Shown: positions 33,704-47,308, counted from the stretch's first letter. The stretch is DNA of 64,000 nt from Eledone cirrhosa (GCA_964016885.1 CAXHJY010001076.1:1-64000), one strand, 5' to 3'. Made by a program: numbers and translations. The notes: a model not told the origin generated them from the letters alone.

Positions 33704-33746
33704 GTCACTGAAGAGGTCACAGAGTGTGTGACGAAAGAACTATGAC
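33704..33746 (+). ncRNA. Minimal hammerhead ribozyme motif (family A)
   Basis: GTCA-CTGAAGA-g-GTCACA gagtg TGTGAC-GAAA-gaac-TA-TGAC. Confidence 0.6.
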
Positions 33747-34570
33747 AATATATAAACAACTATCTGGTTGTGGAACCAACCAACCAACCAACCAGAAATT
33801 TATAAATTTATAAATTTATTATACATTTATTATAATAAATTGAAGTGAAAGCAACTGGTGCGTGTGTTTCTTATTGGCAACATGACCCTCCCAAAGTATA
33901 ACAATATCGGTTTCAACACACGATTTCAGATAAAGAATCTTGCTAAACAAATTCAGAAACGAAATATATATATATAATAATAATGATGGCTGCGCGTTGC
34001 AAATGGTGGTGCATATGAAAAAGTAAGTCCTTCATCAGTGACCCTCCAACCGTCCCAGGCATTTCATCGCAATCATGTGATCCACATGCTAAATATGGTC
34101 GATTTTATTCTGATATGATATGTGACGAAATTCATTTCAACAGATTTTTCAAAAGCGAGCAACTGCTAGTGACTAACGCCGGAACTCGGTTCTTCGTTAA
34201 ATCTAGATCTGAAATCAGGGTCGATGTCACTCAGTGAAGGAGACGGGGAGAGAGATAAAGAGTGAGGTTGAAATCGAACGCAGCATAGAACTGGTAATTT
34301 ATCGATCGCGAAAGCATGAAAATTAAAGGTGACCTCGGCTGGATTTAATCTGAAAACTCAGAGAACCAGAACGAACGCTGCAAATCATCCTAGCCGACGT
34401 TGCAGTGATTTTGTCAAATTGCTGATTTACTTCATAATGTAGATTATCTTTTCTCGAGAGCAAATCTTAATTCAATGGCTACTGAGAGTGGCCTGCAACT
34501 TCAGTGGTTGTTAGTGTGACGGGTATAAGACAATATATGTGTGTGTGTATTATTTTTTATGTCGATAGGG

Positions 34571-34625
<55 letters not shown>

Positions 34626-35114
34626 ATATTTAGAAACACACAGATACATGCGGACACACACATATATACATGAATGCATCCGCACCCAACTGTGAGTTAA
34701 GGGTGCCAACTTCACCGATGTTGCTCAATGAATGACTGGGACAGACCAATTCAGTTGAACTAGACTGAACCAGTATCAGAGTTAAAAATACATTATGAAG
34801 AGAGAAGAAACATTTAGATATAATTAGTAATAAAATGTATCATACCTAAACTGCTCCTAAATTCCTCGACTACGTAGTTTCGTGGCATAAACAAAAACAA
34901 TATATCATAAAGATATAGAGTCCTTGCGAGGTCTGCCGACTTATCAAGAGGATACCTCATTTTACTAGTCTCAAGAACGCGTCTACACGACGTGAGAAAG
35001 AATCCCAAAAGGCGGAGGGGGAGATAGTCACGCGATATGACGGTCGAGAAACAGAGCTAAGCCTCTTATAACCCCATAGTTAAAAGAATAGAGGTGTAAC
35101 ACACAAGTTATTAT

Positions 35115-35575
35115 ATATTGGTAAACGGAATAGAAAATGCTGACAAATTGTTCACAGTTGAAAAATGGTTTAATTAGGAATAAAAGAGTATTAGTGATTG
35201 TATGGGTTAGTATTCAGTTGTGGTTTTAAGTTTTTAAGTTTTTACCGGTTGCGCATTTCTAAATGCTTTTCAAAAATAATTTTGAGATAGAGTGTCCGTG
35301 CTGTTTGCTCTGATCTGATTAGTTTGGGGAATTCTACCACTTTTTTAACATAAAAACAGGTAGAATTCCCCAAACTAATCAGATCAGAGCAAACAGCACG
35401 GACACTCTATCTCAAAATTATTTTTGAAAAGCATTTAGAAATGCGCAACCGGTAAAAACTTAAAAACTTAAAACCACAACTGAATACTAACCCATACAAT
35501 CACTAATACTCTTTTGTTCCTAATTAAACCATTTTTCAACTGTGAACAATTTGTCAGCATTTTCTATTCCGTTTA

Positions 35576-35582
<7 letters not shown>
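35115..35582. repeat. Long near-perfect inverted repeat (arms about 224 bp, 20-nt spacer)
   Basis: 35115-35338 is the reverse complement of 35359-35582. Confidence 0.85.
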
Positions 35583-35614
<32 letters not shown>

Positions 35615-36275
35615 TTAGATGGTGAAGAGATAAGTTTCTATTTATTTGCCACGAGGGCACAGATAGTGAATAGATAGATAGATATATAAGAATGCTTATA
35701 GACAGACAAACAGACAGACAGACAGACAAACAGACGTACAGACAGAATATAAAGATGGCGAATGACAGGCAAACAGACCGACGGACAGACAGAATATAAA
35801 GATGGCGAATGAAAAGTGTCTTTTCGTTGTTTGTCAAAGTGTATATCATAATATGGAACACATAAAAGGAAGCCTTCCATAATGACTTCGTTGAAACTCG
35901 TTAAGAATGTCTGCATAAATATATTCATCCTTGAAATTCAAGAAGAAAACCCCGTAGATCACTAAGCAATTGATGTGGGCGCCATTTTGTTCCTTGTAAA
36001 ACGATTGTTGTTGTTTAAACGACAAAGTAATTATGTGTTTGTATGTATGTATATATAAATATATATATGTATATATGTGTATAAATATATACACATATAT
36101 ATATGTGTATATGTGTATATATGTGTACACATATATATATATACACACATATATATATATACACATATATATATGTGTATATATATACACATATATATAT
36201 GTATATATATATATGTATATATATATATGTGTGGGTGTATAATGCAATTATGAGTTTGTACATATATACATGCAT

Positions 36276-36309
<34 letters not shown>

Positions 36310-36357
36310 GTATATATACATACACACATATGTATATATATATATACACACACATAT

Positions 36358-36403
<46 letters not shown>

Positions 36404-36423
36404 GCATATGTGAGTGTACATAG

Positions 36424-36454
<31 letters not shown>

Positions 36455-36489
36455 CACACACTCACACATGCATATGTAAATGTACTTGC

Positions 36490-36563
<74 letters not shown>

Positions 36564-36602
36564 GTGTTTATATATATGGATTTTAGTCTTCACATTTATT
36601 AT

Positions 36603-36654
<52 letters not shown>

Positions 36655-36999
36655 ATTTATGCGTTTATATATATGTGTGTGTGTATGTGTGTGTATGTAT
36701 GTGTTTATATATATATGTGTGTGTGTGAAGGTGGTATGACATCCATTTCTCTCATTAATAAGTACAGTGGACAGCGTGGGCTGTGTGATTTTTTTTTGTC
36801 GTGACACCTACTCACTGTAGGTTTCGCTTTGTACATAGGCAAGGCGGGTCTTCTGTATTACTGTGTAGCGCCAAAGATCTCGGTCCAGTGACATTGTCTT
36901 GGAGAGGTGTAAATGTGTAAGGTCGGAATTTATCAAATCGTCCCAGGCTTTTCTAGGTCTGCCTACTCCATAGCTACTGTCCATTTTGATCGCCCTGCA

Positions 37000-37043
<44 letters not shown>

Positions 37044-37237
37044 GATAAATCTACCAAGAGTTTACGGTAGTGTCCAATCCGTATGGAGAACTCAATGTAA
37101 TCCGGATATCATGGAAAGAAGAGATGCAATGAAAAATCACTTTCGGTGAAAGATAAACGGAATACAGAGTCAAGATAAAATATTAAAAAAATAATGAATA
37201 AAACAATGAAACAGTTCCTTATATTAAACAAAAAAAG

Positions 37238-37402
37238 TTCATTATTTAACGATCGTTTCTAGGATATATATGTGTTAGAATTGGCATGCATATTCAACAG
37301 ATCTATGTACAAAATTATACAAAATTATACAAAATTATACAAACTATCAAGATTAAATATACATACCAAACACACACATATGCCGTCTTCAGAAATAATG
37401 AA
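37238..37402 (-). ncRNA. Hammerhead ribozyme motif with a long stem II
   Basis: Minus strand TTCATTATTT-CTGAAGA-(about 125 nt imperfect hairpin)-GAAA-CGATCG-TT-AAATAATGAA; 10-bp perfect stem I and palindromic stem III. It lies inside the fold-back at about 37175-37572. Confidence 0.65.
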
Positions 37403-37590
37403 ATATATTGATAGTTTGTATAATTTTGTATAATTTTGTACATAGATCTGTTGAATATGCATGCCAATTCTAACACATATATATCCTAGAAACGATCGTT
37501 AAATAATGAACTTTTTTTGTTTAATATAAGGAACTGTTTCATTGTTTTATTCATTATTTTTTTAATATTTTATATATATATATATATATA

Positions 37591-38002
37591 TACGATATTA
37601 AACAAATGGAAACTATATTTATAAAACCATATTTATTTCATTATACATATTTCAGGGATACCATATTAAAAATATGGCATGCCTTCTTCAGATAAAATAC
37701 AATATGTAAGCAGTTTTATAATAAATTTGACGTACCATAGAATATTGAACTTCCATTTAAAAAAGTTGGTTTGGTAGTCAAATTTATTTATAAAACTGCT
37801 TATATATTGTATTTTATCTGAAGAAGGCATGCCATATTTTTAATATGGTATCCCTGAAATATGTATAATGAAATAAATATGGTTTTATAAATATAGTTTC
37901 CATTTGTTTAATATCGTATATCTACTCCAAAACTTGTTGAGTGCTTTATATCAGTTATAAAATATTTACTCGTTGTAACCCAACAATTTAAAATAAAACT
38001 TT

Positions 38003-38005
<3 letters not shown>
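37591..38005. mobile_element. Fold-back pair of family B Penelope ends with hammerheads at 37634-37699 (minus) and 37810-37875 (plus)
   Basis: Inverted arms. The plus arm reads TATTTTAT-CTGAAGA-AGGCATGCCATATT ttt AATATGGTATCCCT-GAAA-TATGTA-TA-ATGAAATA followed by a tail of about 85 nt. Flanked by (TA)n. Confidence 0.75.
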
Positions 38006-38047
<42 letters not shown>

Positions 38048-38163
38048 CGAAGGAAATGTGGTAAGGAACCAGATGGACCATAACGCACCAAAGTACTCAA
38101 TACTTAGGGTAGTAGAGTGGGTAATAGGACGGCTTGAGCTCAGCCGTCGGGGTCCTACCCGTT

Positions 38164-38200
<37 letters not shown>

Positions 38201-38493
38201 TTGCGAGGTTTTTTATATGAAATCGTGTGTCGAAACAAATATTGTTATTCTTGGGGAGGGTCATATTTGTGTAATATTGCCAGAATTAATAACAGAACAC
38301 ACTCACTGTTTGGTTGGTTTTCGCTTCTCGCTTCTGTGTCTTTTATATCGGTAATCTAACTTACTCGGTCCTCAATGTTGCCATTGACTGACCGACGAGA
38401 AGCGAAAACCAACCAAACAGTGAGTGTGTTCTGTTATTAATTCTGGCAATATTACACAAATATGACCCTCCCCAAGTATAACAATATATATAT

Positions 38494-38529
<36 letters not shown>

Positions 38530-38533
<4 letters not shown>

Positions 38534-38905
38534 TCTGCAAGTGCCCTCTGTACATCTCATGCTATAGACTACGTTTCTAGTTTTACAGTTTATCCGGGGG
38601 GTTTACCTTACATATGATACATTTCCTATTAGTACAGTGGGTTTTCTTAAAAGGGTAGGTTTTGCTGATCAGGGATTTTATGGTGGTTCCTGGCTTTTCT
38701 ACCACCTTAATCTTTAAGTGGGTCTTTCTCAGGGCCTTTCTACACTGGTTAGCTAATTTCCTTCCAGGGGTCGCGTCCACAAACATGACACTCTGGTATC
38801 TCTGGTTGTCGTACCACGAGGTGGCTTTCCCTATCTTATGTCTAGCCCTATCTAAGCTATTACATGATTTTCTCCTGTATAATGGGCAAATTCCTTTCAT
38901 GTCCA
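38530..38905 (-). mobile_element. Penelope-like element fragment (thumb, Cys-rich linker and start of GIY-YIG; probably Neptune-type)
   Basis: Translation PLYR...SWY...VMFVDATPGRKL...IKVVEKPGTTIKSLISKTYPF...CTNRKCIIC, then after a frameshift INCKTRNVVYSMRC. Confidence 0.65.
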
Positions 38906-39137
38906 GTTCAATATATATAGTAATAATAATAAATTGGTGACTAAAATCCAAAGAGGGCTCGATAAGGATAAATATATATCAAATATATAAGAACCGTAGA
39001 GCAAATATTTATTAAAATAACAGATTAAAGTTTAAGCAAAGAATCGGAGCTTTCACCCTTCAGAAGATCCCGTTAAGAGTGAGAGCAGCGATTCTTTGCT
39101 TAAACTTTAATCTGTTATTTTAATAAATATATATATT

Positions 39138-39167
<30 letters not shown>

Positions 39168-39174
<7 letters not shown>

Positions 39175-39662
39175 ATACTTTGGGAGGGTTATGTTGCCAA
39201 TAAGAAACACACGCACCAGTAGCTTTCACTCCAATTTATTATAAATTAAATTTATAAATTTAAGAATTTATAAATTTCCGGTTGGTTGGTTGGTTGGTTG
39301 GTTGGTTCTATAACCGGACGGTTGTTCATATATTGTCAAAGTTCTTTCGTCACACATTCTGTGACCTCTTCAGTGACTGGGTATTCTTTTCTTTGTTTTT
39401 GTGCCTCTCCTTTGTTCTGTCCTACGCCATCTTCAGAACAAAGGAGAGGCACAAAAAGAAAGAAAAGAATCCAAAGTCACTGAAGAGGTTACAGAATGTG
39501 TGACGAAAGAACTTTGACAACATATGAACAACCGTCCGGTTGTGGAACCAACCAACCAACCAACCGGAAATTTATAAATTTAATTTATAATAAATTGAAG
39601 TGAAAGCAACTGGTGCGTGTGTTTCTTATTAGCAACATGACCCTCCCAAAGTATAACAATAT
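39168..39662. mobile_element. Fold-back pair of family A Penelope ends with two divergent hammerheads (39335-39377 minus, 39476-39518 plus)
   Basis: Inverted arms of about 240 bp joined near 39425, with (TA)n on both sides. Confidence 0.7.
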
Positions 39663-39695
39663 ATATATATATATATATATAGTAATTCAAACGTT

Positions 39696-39744
<49 letters not shown>

Positions 39745-39780
39745 ATTCAAACGTTTAAATATATATATATATATATATAT

Positions 39781-39949
39781 ATGATATTAAATAAATGGAA
39801 ACTATATTTATAAAACCATATTTATTTCGTTATATATATTTCAGGGATATCATATTAACAATATATCCTTTTAATATCTTTTTTCTCTCTATATAACGGC
39901 TATTTTCTCTCTTAACTACATACATCTCTCTTTACATTAATACTAGAGC

Positions 39950-39980
<31 letters not shown>

Positions 39981-40482
39981 ATCTATCAACCGATACTCAA
40001 CTTCCTAATTTCTCTATCTATCTCTATCTATCTCTTTCTTTTTTCCTCTCTCTATATATATTTCTCTCTGTTTCTTTACATGAAGTTCTTCTCTTTATCT
40101 ATCTTTCTATATCCCTCTATTTAGTCACATACATTTCTTCTTTTTCTTCGTTTCTCTTTCTTTCTCTCTTTATCTCTTTCTTTTTACAACTGTCCACAAT
40201 ATTTTTTACTGCCAAATCAACCCCACAAATGCAAGGTGATTGAAAGGTATGTCGTATCTATTTATTTATAAGACTGTTTATATTGTATTTTGTCTGAAGA
40301 TGGCATAACATATTGTTAATATGATATCCCTGAAATATATATAACGAAATAAATATGGTTTTATAAATATAGTTTCCATTTATTTAATATCATAAATATA
40401 CTCCAAATACTTGTTGAGTGCTTTTATATCAGTTATAAATATTTACTCGTTGTTAACCCAACAATTTAAATATAACTTTCCA
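39781..40482. mobile_element. Family B Penelope end with a short inverted arm; hammerhead at 40286-40351 (plus)
   Basis: CTGAAGA at 40294 and GAAA at 40332; 39781-39862 is the reverse complement of about 40310-40393. Confidence 0.65.
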
Positions 40483-40869
40483 TATATATAAATGAAAGGT
40501 ATAGAAATTGTTTTAGCGAGAAGCTAACAGCATTCCATAACATATATGCGACTATGTCGTCAAGATGGGAAACATAGTTAACGTAAGATGTAGGAAAAAT
40601 AATTCAAACTCATCTCAAAAGAGAATCAGGATATAAATTCATCCACAGAATTTAGTGAAATCCAGGGGAAAATCAATAGAGTCTTAACTCATGATAAAAT
40701 AAAGTCTAAAATACTTATCCTTCAATTTGGAAAAACATCATATGCTCTGTATAGTCTTAAAGACTATTTCATGAAAACTTTTAGTGGAGATGGTTACCGT
40801 TGGATTTCAATCGTCAGCAGAGCTCAACAGATAACCATATATATATATATATATAGTAATTCAAACCTT

Positions 40870-40930
<61 letters not shown>

Positions 40931-40933
<3 letters not shown>

Positions 40934-41536
40934 AGGTCACCAGTTGGTGCTACTGGTAACATGTATCCCAGTACAACCTGTCTCATGGTCGGGTCGTTGG
41001 CGACTAAACTGGCAACCCCACCAATGTTTCTTGGTGAGGAGGGTGACTTTGGACATCCTGCAGGACTAAAAACAAAACCTGTCAAAGGGCAAAGGAGCTC
41101 TTAAGAGTCAATGGCCATCCAAAATCACCGGGAGAGATGACCCCTTAGCCTTTGTCAAGGCAGAATTCTAGGAGAAGGAAAACTCTGATATAACACCTGC
41201 AACCCTGATGGTATCCAATGATGTTGACTTGTTCTTCTTTTTGGTAAATATCATCTTGGTTAAGAGAGTGGGACTGGCTTTGTGCAGTGCCTTTGCTCAC
41301 TATAAAAGCTTCACGGCACAGGCATTGCTTTATATCTGGAGATCTCTCTGCACTTGTCGTCACATGGTACCATGGGCCCAACACTATGTGTCAATAATTG
41401 TCACAAGTGTAGTGTTTGTACCAGAGTTTTCAAGTCGCTGGCTGGACTAAAAAGTCACACTCGTTCAGCGCATCAGTAGGGGTTCTCCTACATGGATATA
41501 AAGTAGTGGCCGTACTCGAAAACGAGTTGGCAGCTA

Positions 41537-41539
<3 letters not shown>
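40931..41539 (+). mobile_element. Non-autonomous RTE-derived retroelement (about 610 bp, apparently full length), family H
   Basis: The 5' part resembles RTE 5' UTRs (ggagaaggaaaactctgat). The 3' part encodes CSVCTRVFKSLAGLKSHTRSAH, an RTE/BovB-type C-terminal C2H2 finger, followed by an AT/ATAC tail. No RT is present. Confidence 0.65.
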
Positions 41540-41602
<63 letters not shown>

Positions 41603-41642
41603 GATATTAAACAAATGGAAACTATATTTATAAAACCATATT

Positions 41643-41708
41643 TATTTCATTATACATATTTCAGGGATACCATATTAAAAATATGGCATGCCTTCGTCAG
41701 ATAAAATA
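41643..41708 (-). ncRNA. Minimal hammerhead ribozyme motif (family B)
   Basis: Minus strand TATTTTAT-CTGACGA-stem II-GAAA-TATGTA-TA-ATGAAATA. Confidence 0.7.
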
Positions 41709-43695
41709 CAATATATAAACGGTTTTATAAATAATTTTGACGTACCATAATATAAGCGACCATTAAATTAGGAGGCTGCCTTGGGAGTGATGTGTTTATA
41801 ATTATTTAGTGTATATATATATATATATATACACCGTAGTAACAGTTTGATAGAAATATCCAAGGTTATAATCTCTCTCTTTATATATAATTTATAGCCT
41901 GTCTTTTTCTTATGCCTTTTCAAATGGCTAGACCAAATCAAATCAAATTTTGCAAGGTAATAGCATTAGACCCCGGGATTAACAAGATGTAATTTTTATT
42001 TTCATATGGATTAAAGCGATATAACATTTTATCTAAAATAAAACACATTTTAGATTATATTTTGACATTTAAAGGAATTTTTATTGGAGCACGGCTAATA
42101 TTCGCGGTTTTTCACGCTTCGGGGTGTTCTAGGAACGTAACTCCAGCGAATAAAGGGAGACAACTGTACTGGTATTGAACCTATCAATCTAAACCCCCCC
42201 CCCCTGAATTGCTGGCCTTTTGCATAAATTAAAAGAGTGTTGTTGTTCATTTTTTTTTATCTGGAATTGTCTGTTGACTGATTGGAAGAGATCAAAGGAA
42301 AAAAACGGTTGCAGTTTTAGTTAATGGTGGTGGTGGGGGTGTGGTGGTGGTGTGGCGGTGGTGGTGGTGGTGGTGGTGTAGTGGTGGGTGTGGTGGTGTG
42401 ATGGTGGTGGTGGGGGTGTGGTGGTGGTGTGGCGGTGGTGGTGTAGTGGTGGGTGTGGTGGTGTGATGGTGGTGGTGTAGTGGTGTGGTGGTGGTGGTGT
42501 AGTGGTGGGTGTGGTGGTGTGATGGTGGTGGTGTAGTGGTGTGGTGGTGGTGGTGTAGTGGTGGGTGTGGTGGTGGTGATGGTGGTGGTGGGGGTGTGGC
42601 GGTGGGGGTGGTGGTGTAGTGGTGGGTGTGGTGGTGTGATGGTGGTGGTGTAGTGGTGTGGTGGTGGTGGTGTAGTGGTGGGTGTGGTGGTGTGATGGTG
42701 GTGGTGTAGTGGTGTGGTGGTGGTGGTGGTGGTGTAGTGGTGGGTGTGGTGGTGTGATGGTGGTGGTGTGGTCGTGGTGGTGGTGGTGGTGGTGTAGTGG
42801 TGGTGGTGGTGGTGGTGGTGGTGGTGTAGTGGTGGTGGTGTGGCGGTGTTGGTGGTTTTAGTGGTGGTGGTGTGGTGTGATGGTGTGGTGGTGTGGTGGT
42901 GGTGGTGGTGGTGATAGTGGTGTAGTGGTGTGGTGGTGGAGGTGTAGTGGCGGTGGTGTGATGGTGGTGGTGGTGGTGGTGTAGTGGTGGTGGTGGTGTT
43001 TTGGTGGTGGTGTGGCGGTAGTGGTGGTGGTGTAGTGGTGGTGGTGTGGTGGTGGTGGTGCGGTGGTGGAGGTGTGGCGGTGGTGGTGGTAGTGGTGTGG
43101 TGGTGGTGGTGGTGGTGGTGGTGTAGTGGCGGTGGTGGTGTTTTGGTGGTGGTGTGGCGGTGGTGGTGGTGGTGCGGTGGTGGTGTGGCGGTAGTGGTGG
43201 TGGTAGTGGTGTGGTGGTGTGGTGGTGTGGTGGTGGTGGTGGTGGTGTGGTGGTGGTGGTGCGGTGGTGGAGGTGTGGCGGTGGTGGTGGTAGTGGTGTG
43301 GTGGTGGTGGTGTAGTGGTGGTGGTGGTGTAGTGGTGGTGGTGTGGTGGTGGTGTAGTGGTGGTGGTGGTGTGGTGGTGGTGGTGTAGTGGTGGTGGTGT
43401 GGTGGTGTAGTGGTGGTGGTGGTGTTGTGGTGGTGGTGTGGCGGTGGTGGTGTTGTGGTGGTGGTGGTGTAGTGGTGGTGGTGCGGTGGTGGTGGTGCGG
43501 TGGTGGTGTTGTGGTGGTGGTGGTGTGGTGGTGGTGGTGGGGTGGGGGATGGGTAATGTGGGGGAGAGGAAGTGTGTGCTTTTCTAAATAACATATATAT
43601 GTAAATAACAAAAAACACAGACACACACACATGTCTGTCTCTCTCTCTATATATATATGTGTGTCTGTGTGTATGTATATATGTGTGTGTGTGTG

Positions 43696-43740
<45 letters not shown>

Positions 43741-43911
43741 ATGTAGATATATATGTATGTGTGTGTATATATATATATATATGTGTGTGTGTGTATATAT
43801 ATGTATGTGTGTATATATATGTGTGTGTGTATGTACATGTGTGTGTGTGTGTGTATATATATGTGTGTGTATATATATGTATGTGTATATATATATATGT
43901 GTGTGCGTGTG

Positions 43912-43944
<33 letters not shown>

Positions 43945-44053
43945 GTGTGTATATATATATATATGTATGTGGGTGTGTGTATATATATGTATGTGTATGT
44001 GTATATATATATGTAATCCATGTGCAAGCATGCAGTATTCTTCTCCCCATATT

Positions 44054-44119
<66 letters not shown>

Positions 44120-44132
44120 GTATGTGTATATA

Positions 44133-44204
<72 letters not shown>

Positions 44205-44410
44205 CACACATGTGTGTGTGTATTGGTTGATTGGTATTTACCAAAATTCCGGTTTGTATTTATTTTCTTGATTTACTCTTAAATTGAGACAAGGAAACCC
44301 TATCGTCTATAGTTAGTATTCTTTTCACCTTAGTGAATCTGGTCCCTTGCGATTTGAACACATATATGTATATATTTGTGTACGTTTTTCTTTTATATTC
44401 TATTATAATA

Positions 44411-45828
44411 TATGGCATAGGTTAAGAATAACGTCCTCGAAAATGAAAGTGAATTTTCTGACAAGTGAATGTGTTTTTTTTGTTTTTTTACAGTGAAATT
44501 TTCGATACACTCTTTGTTTATTTACAGCAGGTCTCTATAGTGATATGGTGTTAATTAGTATTGCATGTGTGATTATTTTCTCTTATATATATATATATGT
44601 GTGGGTGTGTATATGTGTGTATATATATGTGTGCCTGTATGTATATATATATGTGTGTGGGTGTGTATATGTGTGTATATATATATGTGTCTGTATGTAT
44701 ATATATATATATGTGTGTGGGTGTGTATATGTGTGTATATATATGTGTGTCTGTATGTATATATATATGTGTGTGGGTGTGTATATGTGTGTATATATAT
44801 GTGTGTCTGTATGTATATATATATATGTGTGTGGGTGTGTATATGTGTGTATATATATGTGTCTGTATGTATATATATATGTGTGTGGGTGTGTATATGT
44901 GTGTATATATATGTGTGTCTGTATGTATATATATATGTGTGTGGGTGTGTATATGTGTGTATATATATATGTGCCTGTATGTATATATATATGTGTGTGG
45001 GTGTGTATATGTGTGTATATATATGTGTGTCTGTATGTATATATATGTGTGTGGGTGTGTATATGTGTGTATATATATGTGTGTCTGTATGTATATATAT
45101 ATATATGTGTGGGTGTGTATATGTGTGTATATATATGTGTGTCTGTATGTATATATATATATGTGTGGGTCTGTATATGTGTGTATATATATGTGTGTCT
45201 GTATGTATATATATATGTGTGTGGGTGTGTATATGTGTGTATATATATGTGTGTCTGTATGTATATATATATATGTGTGGGTGTGTATATGTGTGGGTGT
45301 GTATATGTGTGTATATATATGTGTGTCTGTATGTATATATATATATGTGTGGGTCTGTATATGTGTGTAGATATGTGTGTGTCTGTATGTATATATATAT
45401 GTGTGTTTGTATATATATATGTGTTTGTGTCATCATCATCGTTTAGATGTTTTTGTAATATCTTGCCAAAGTTGGCACCAACTATAAACAAATTAAGGCC
45501 GGGTCATAAGAAGGACAGAGAATGATAAGGGATTTGGGTAAAAACATCTAAACGATGATGATGACACAAACACATATATATATACAAACACACATATATA
45601 TATACATAGAACACACATATATATACACACATATACACACCCACACATATATATATAAGAGAAAATAATCACACACGCAATACTAATTAACACCATATCA
45701 CTATAGAGACCTGTTGTAAATAAACAAAGAGTGTATCGTAAATTTCATTGTAAAAAAACAAACTAACACATTCACTAGTCAGAAAATTCACTTTCATTTT
45801 CGAGGACGTTATTCTTAACCTATGCCAT
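44411..45828. repeat. Inverted repeat whose left arm contains an amplified minisatellite of about 56 bp
   Basis: 44411-44600 and about 45380-45454 mirror 45540-45828. The unit gtgtgggtgtgtatatgtgtgtatatatatgtgtgtctgtatgtata occurs about 14 times on the left and once on the right. Confidence 0.75.
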
Positions 45829-45919
45829 AATATATATATATATATGAACACATATATCTATATATCTGTGTACGTTTTTCTTTTATATTCTATTATAAAA
45901 TATATATATTTGAACACAT

Positions 45920-46345
45920 GCAAAAGTTCTATTTAAAATTGTTGGGATACAACAAGTAAATATTTTATAACTGATATAAAGCACTCAACAAGTTTTTGGA
46001 GTAGATATACGATATTAAATAAATGGAAACTATATTTATAAAACCATATTTATTTCATTATACATATTTCAGGGATACCAAATTATAATATGGTATGCCT
46101 TCATCAGACAAAATACAATATATAAACAGTTTTATAAATAATTTTGACGTATCCTATTAGATGCAGCTTCCAAAAATAATGGTCGCATCTAATAGGGTAC
46201 GTCAAAATTATTCATAAAACTGTTTATATATTGTATTTTGTCTGATGAAGGCATACCATATTTTAATTTGGTATCCCTGAAATATGTATAATGAAATAAA
46301 TATGGTTTTATAAATATAGTTTCCATTTATTTAATATCGTATATA
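45920..46345. mobile_element. Fold-back pair of family B ends with hammerheads at 46051-46115 (minus) and 46234-46298 (plus)
   Basis: Inverted arms joined near 46165-46185; CTGATGA cores on both strands; the left arm carries the tail. Confidence 0.75.
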
Positions 46346-46734
46346 TGAACACATATATTTATATATCTGTGTTTGTCTTTCTTCTATATTCTATTATAAT
46401 ATACGGCTCGGAAATATCTTTTTCTTAGAGCTATTTTATTGTAAGAGACTATTTTGAGTTCCTAACTCAATATATACCTTTGATATATATTGATATCTGT
46501 ATTTTTAATCGTTGGTTAATCAATGACAAACACTGATTGACAAATAAATTAACTATGGAGATATAAAATAAACAGAAGCGAAAACCAACCAAACAGTGAG
46601 TGTGTTCTGTTATTATTTCTGGCAATGTTATTACAACAATATGACCCTCCCCAAGTATAACAATATTTGTTTCGACGCACGATTTCTTATCAAAAACATC
46701 GCAAAACAAATTCATGGCCGTCATATATATATAT

Positions 46735-47059
46735 CATCATCATCGTCATCATCATCGTTTAAAGTCCATCTTCCACGCTAGCATGGGTTAGACGGGAGTT
46801 TCCCACTTGAGGCAAGGTCGGTCGGGTGACCATGTCTAGCTCGTATAGGACTATCTGGCAGGTTTTCTACGGCTGTAAGTTTCGCTTTGTACATAGGCAA
46901 GGCGGGTCTTCTGTATTACTGCGTAGTGCCAAAGATCTCGGTCCAGGGACATTGTCTTAGAGAGGTGCAAGTGTGTAAGGTCGGAATTTTTTATCAGATC
47001 GTCCCAGATTTTTCTGGGTCTACCTACTCCGTAACTACCATCAATTTTGATCTCCCTGC

Positions 47060-47065
<6 letters not shown>
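46735..47065 (-). mobile_element. RTE LINE 3' end (second copy at 36805-36982)
   Basis: KCREIKIDGSYGVGRPRKIWDDLI...MSLDRDLW with a (GAT)n tail. Confidence 0.7.
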
Positions 47066-47107
<42 letters not shown>

Positions 47108-47253
47108 TTTTGAGTTTATGTTGGTTGTATACCAACACCTCAGTATGCAGGCTGGAGCACTCGACGAAGTGCGCAGGTTGGTTTGGTTACTCCGGAGTAG
47201 TGTAAAATAAAGTTAAATAAAAGCCAAATGATTAAAATTTAGCTTCGTTTATT

Positions 47254-47308
47254 ACTGCTATATATATTTCAGTGACAGCCATCTTTGGCTGTGACCTCTT
47301 CAGGCAGT
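47254..47308 (-). ncRNA. Minimal hammerhead ribozyme motif (separate family)
   Basis: Minus strand ACTGC-CTGAAGA-GGTCACAGCCA aaga TGGCTGTCACT-GAAA-TATATA-TA-GCAGT. Confidence 0.75.

Noticed and set aside
33970-42310. Non-repetitive-looking patches (33970-34520, 34680-35110, 35810-36030, 40490-40840, 41830-42310) as opsin TM6/TM7 exons
   Set aside because: Partial manual translation showed no WxPY, retinal-lysine or NPxxY motif, and parts look like old SINE, Helitron or Tigger remnants. A very short or divergent exon cannot be excluded by eye.
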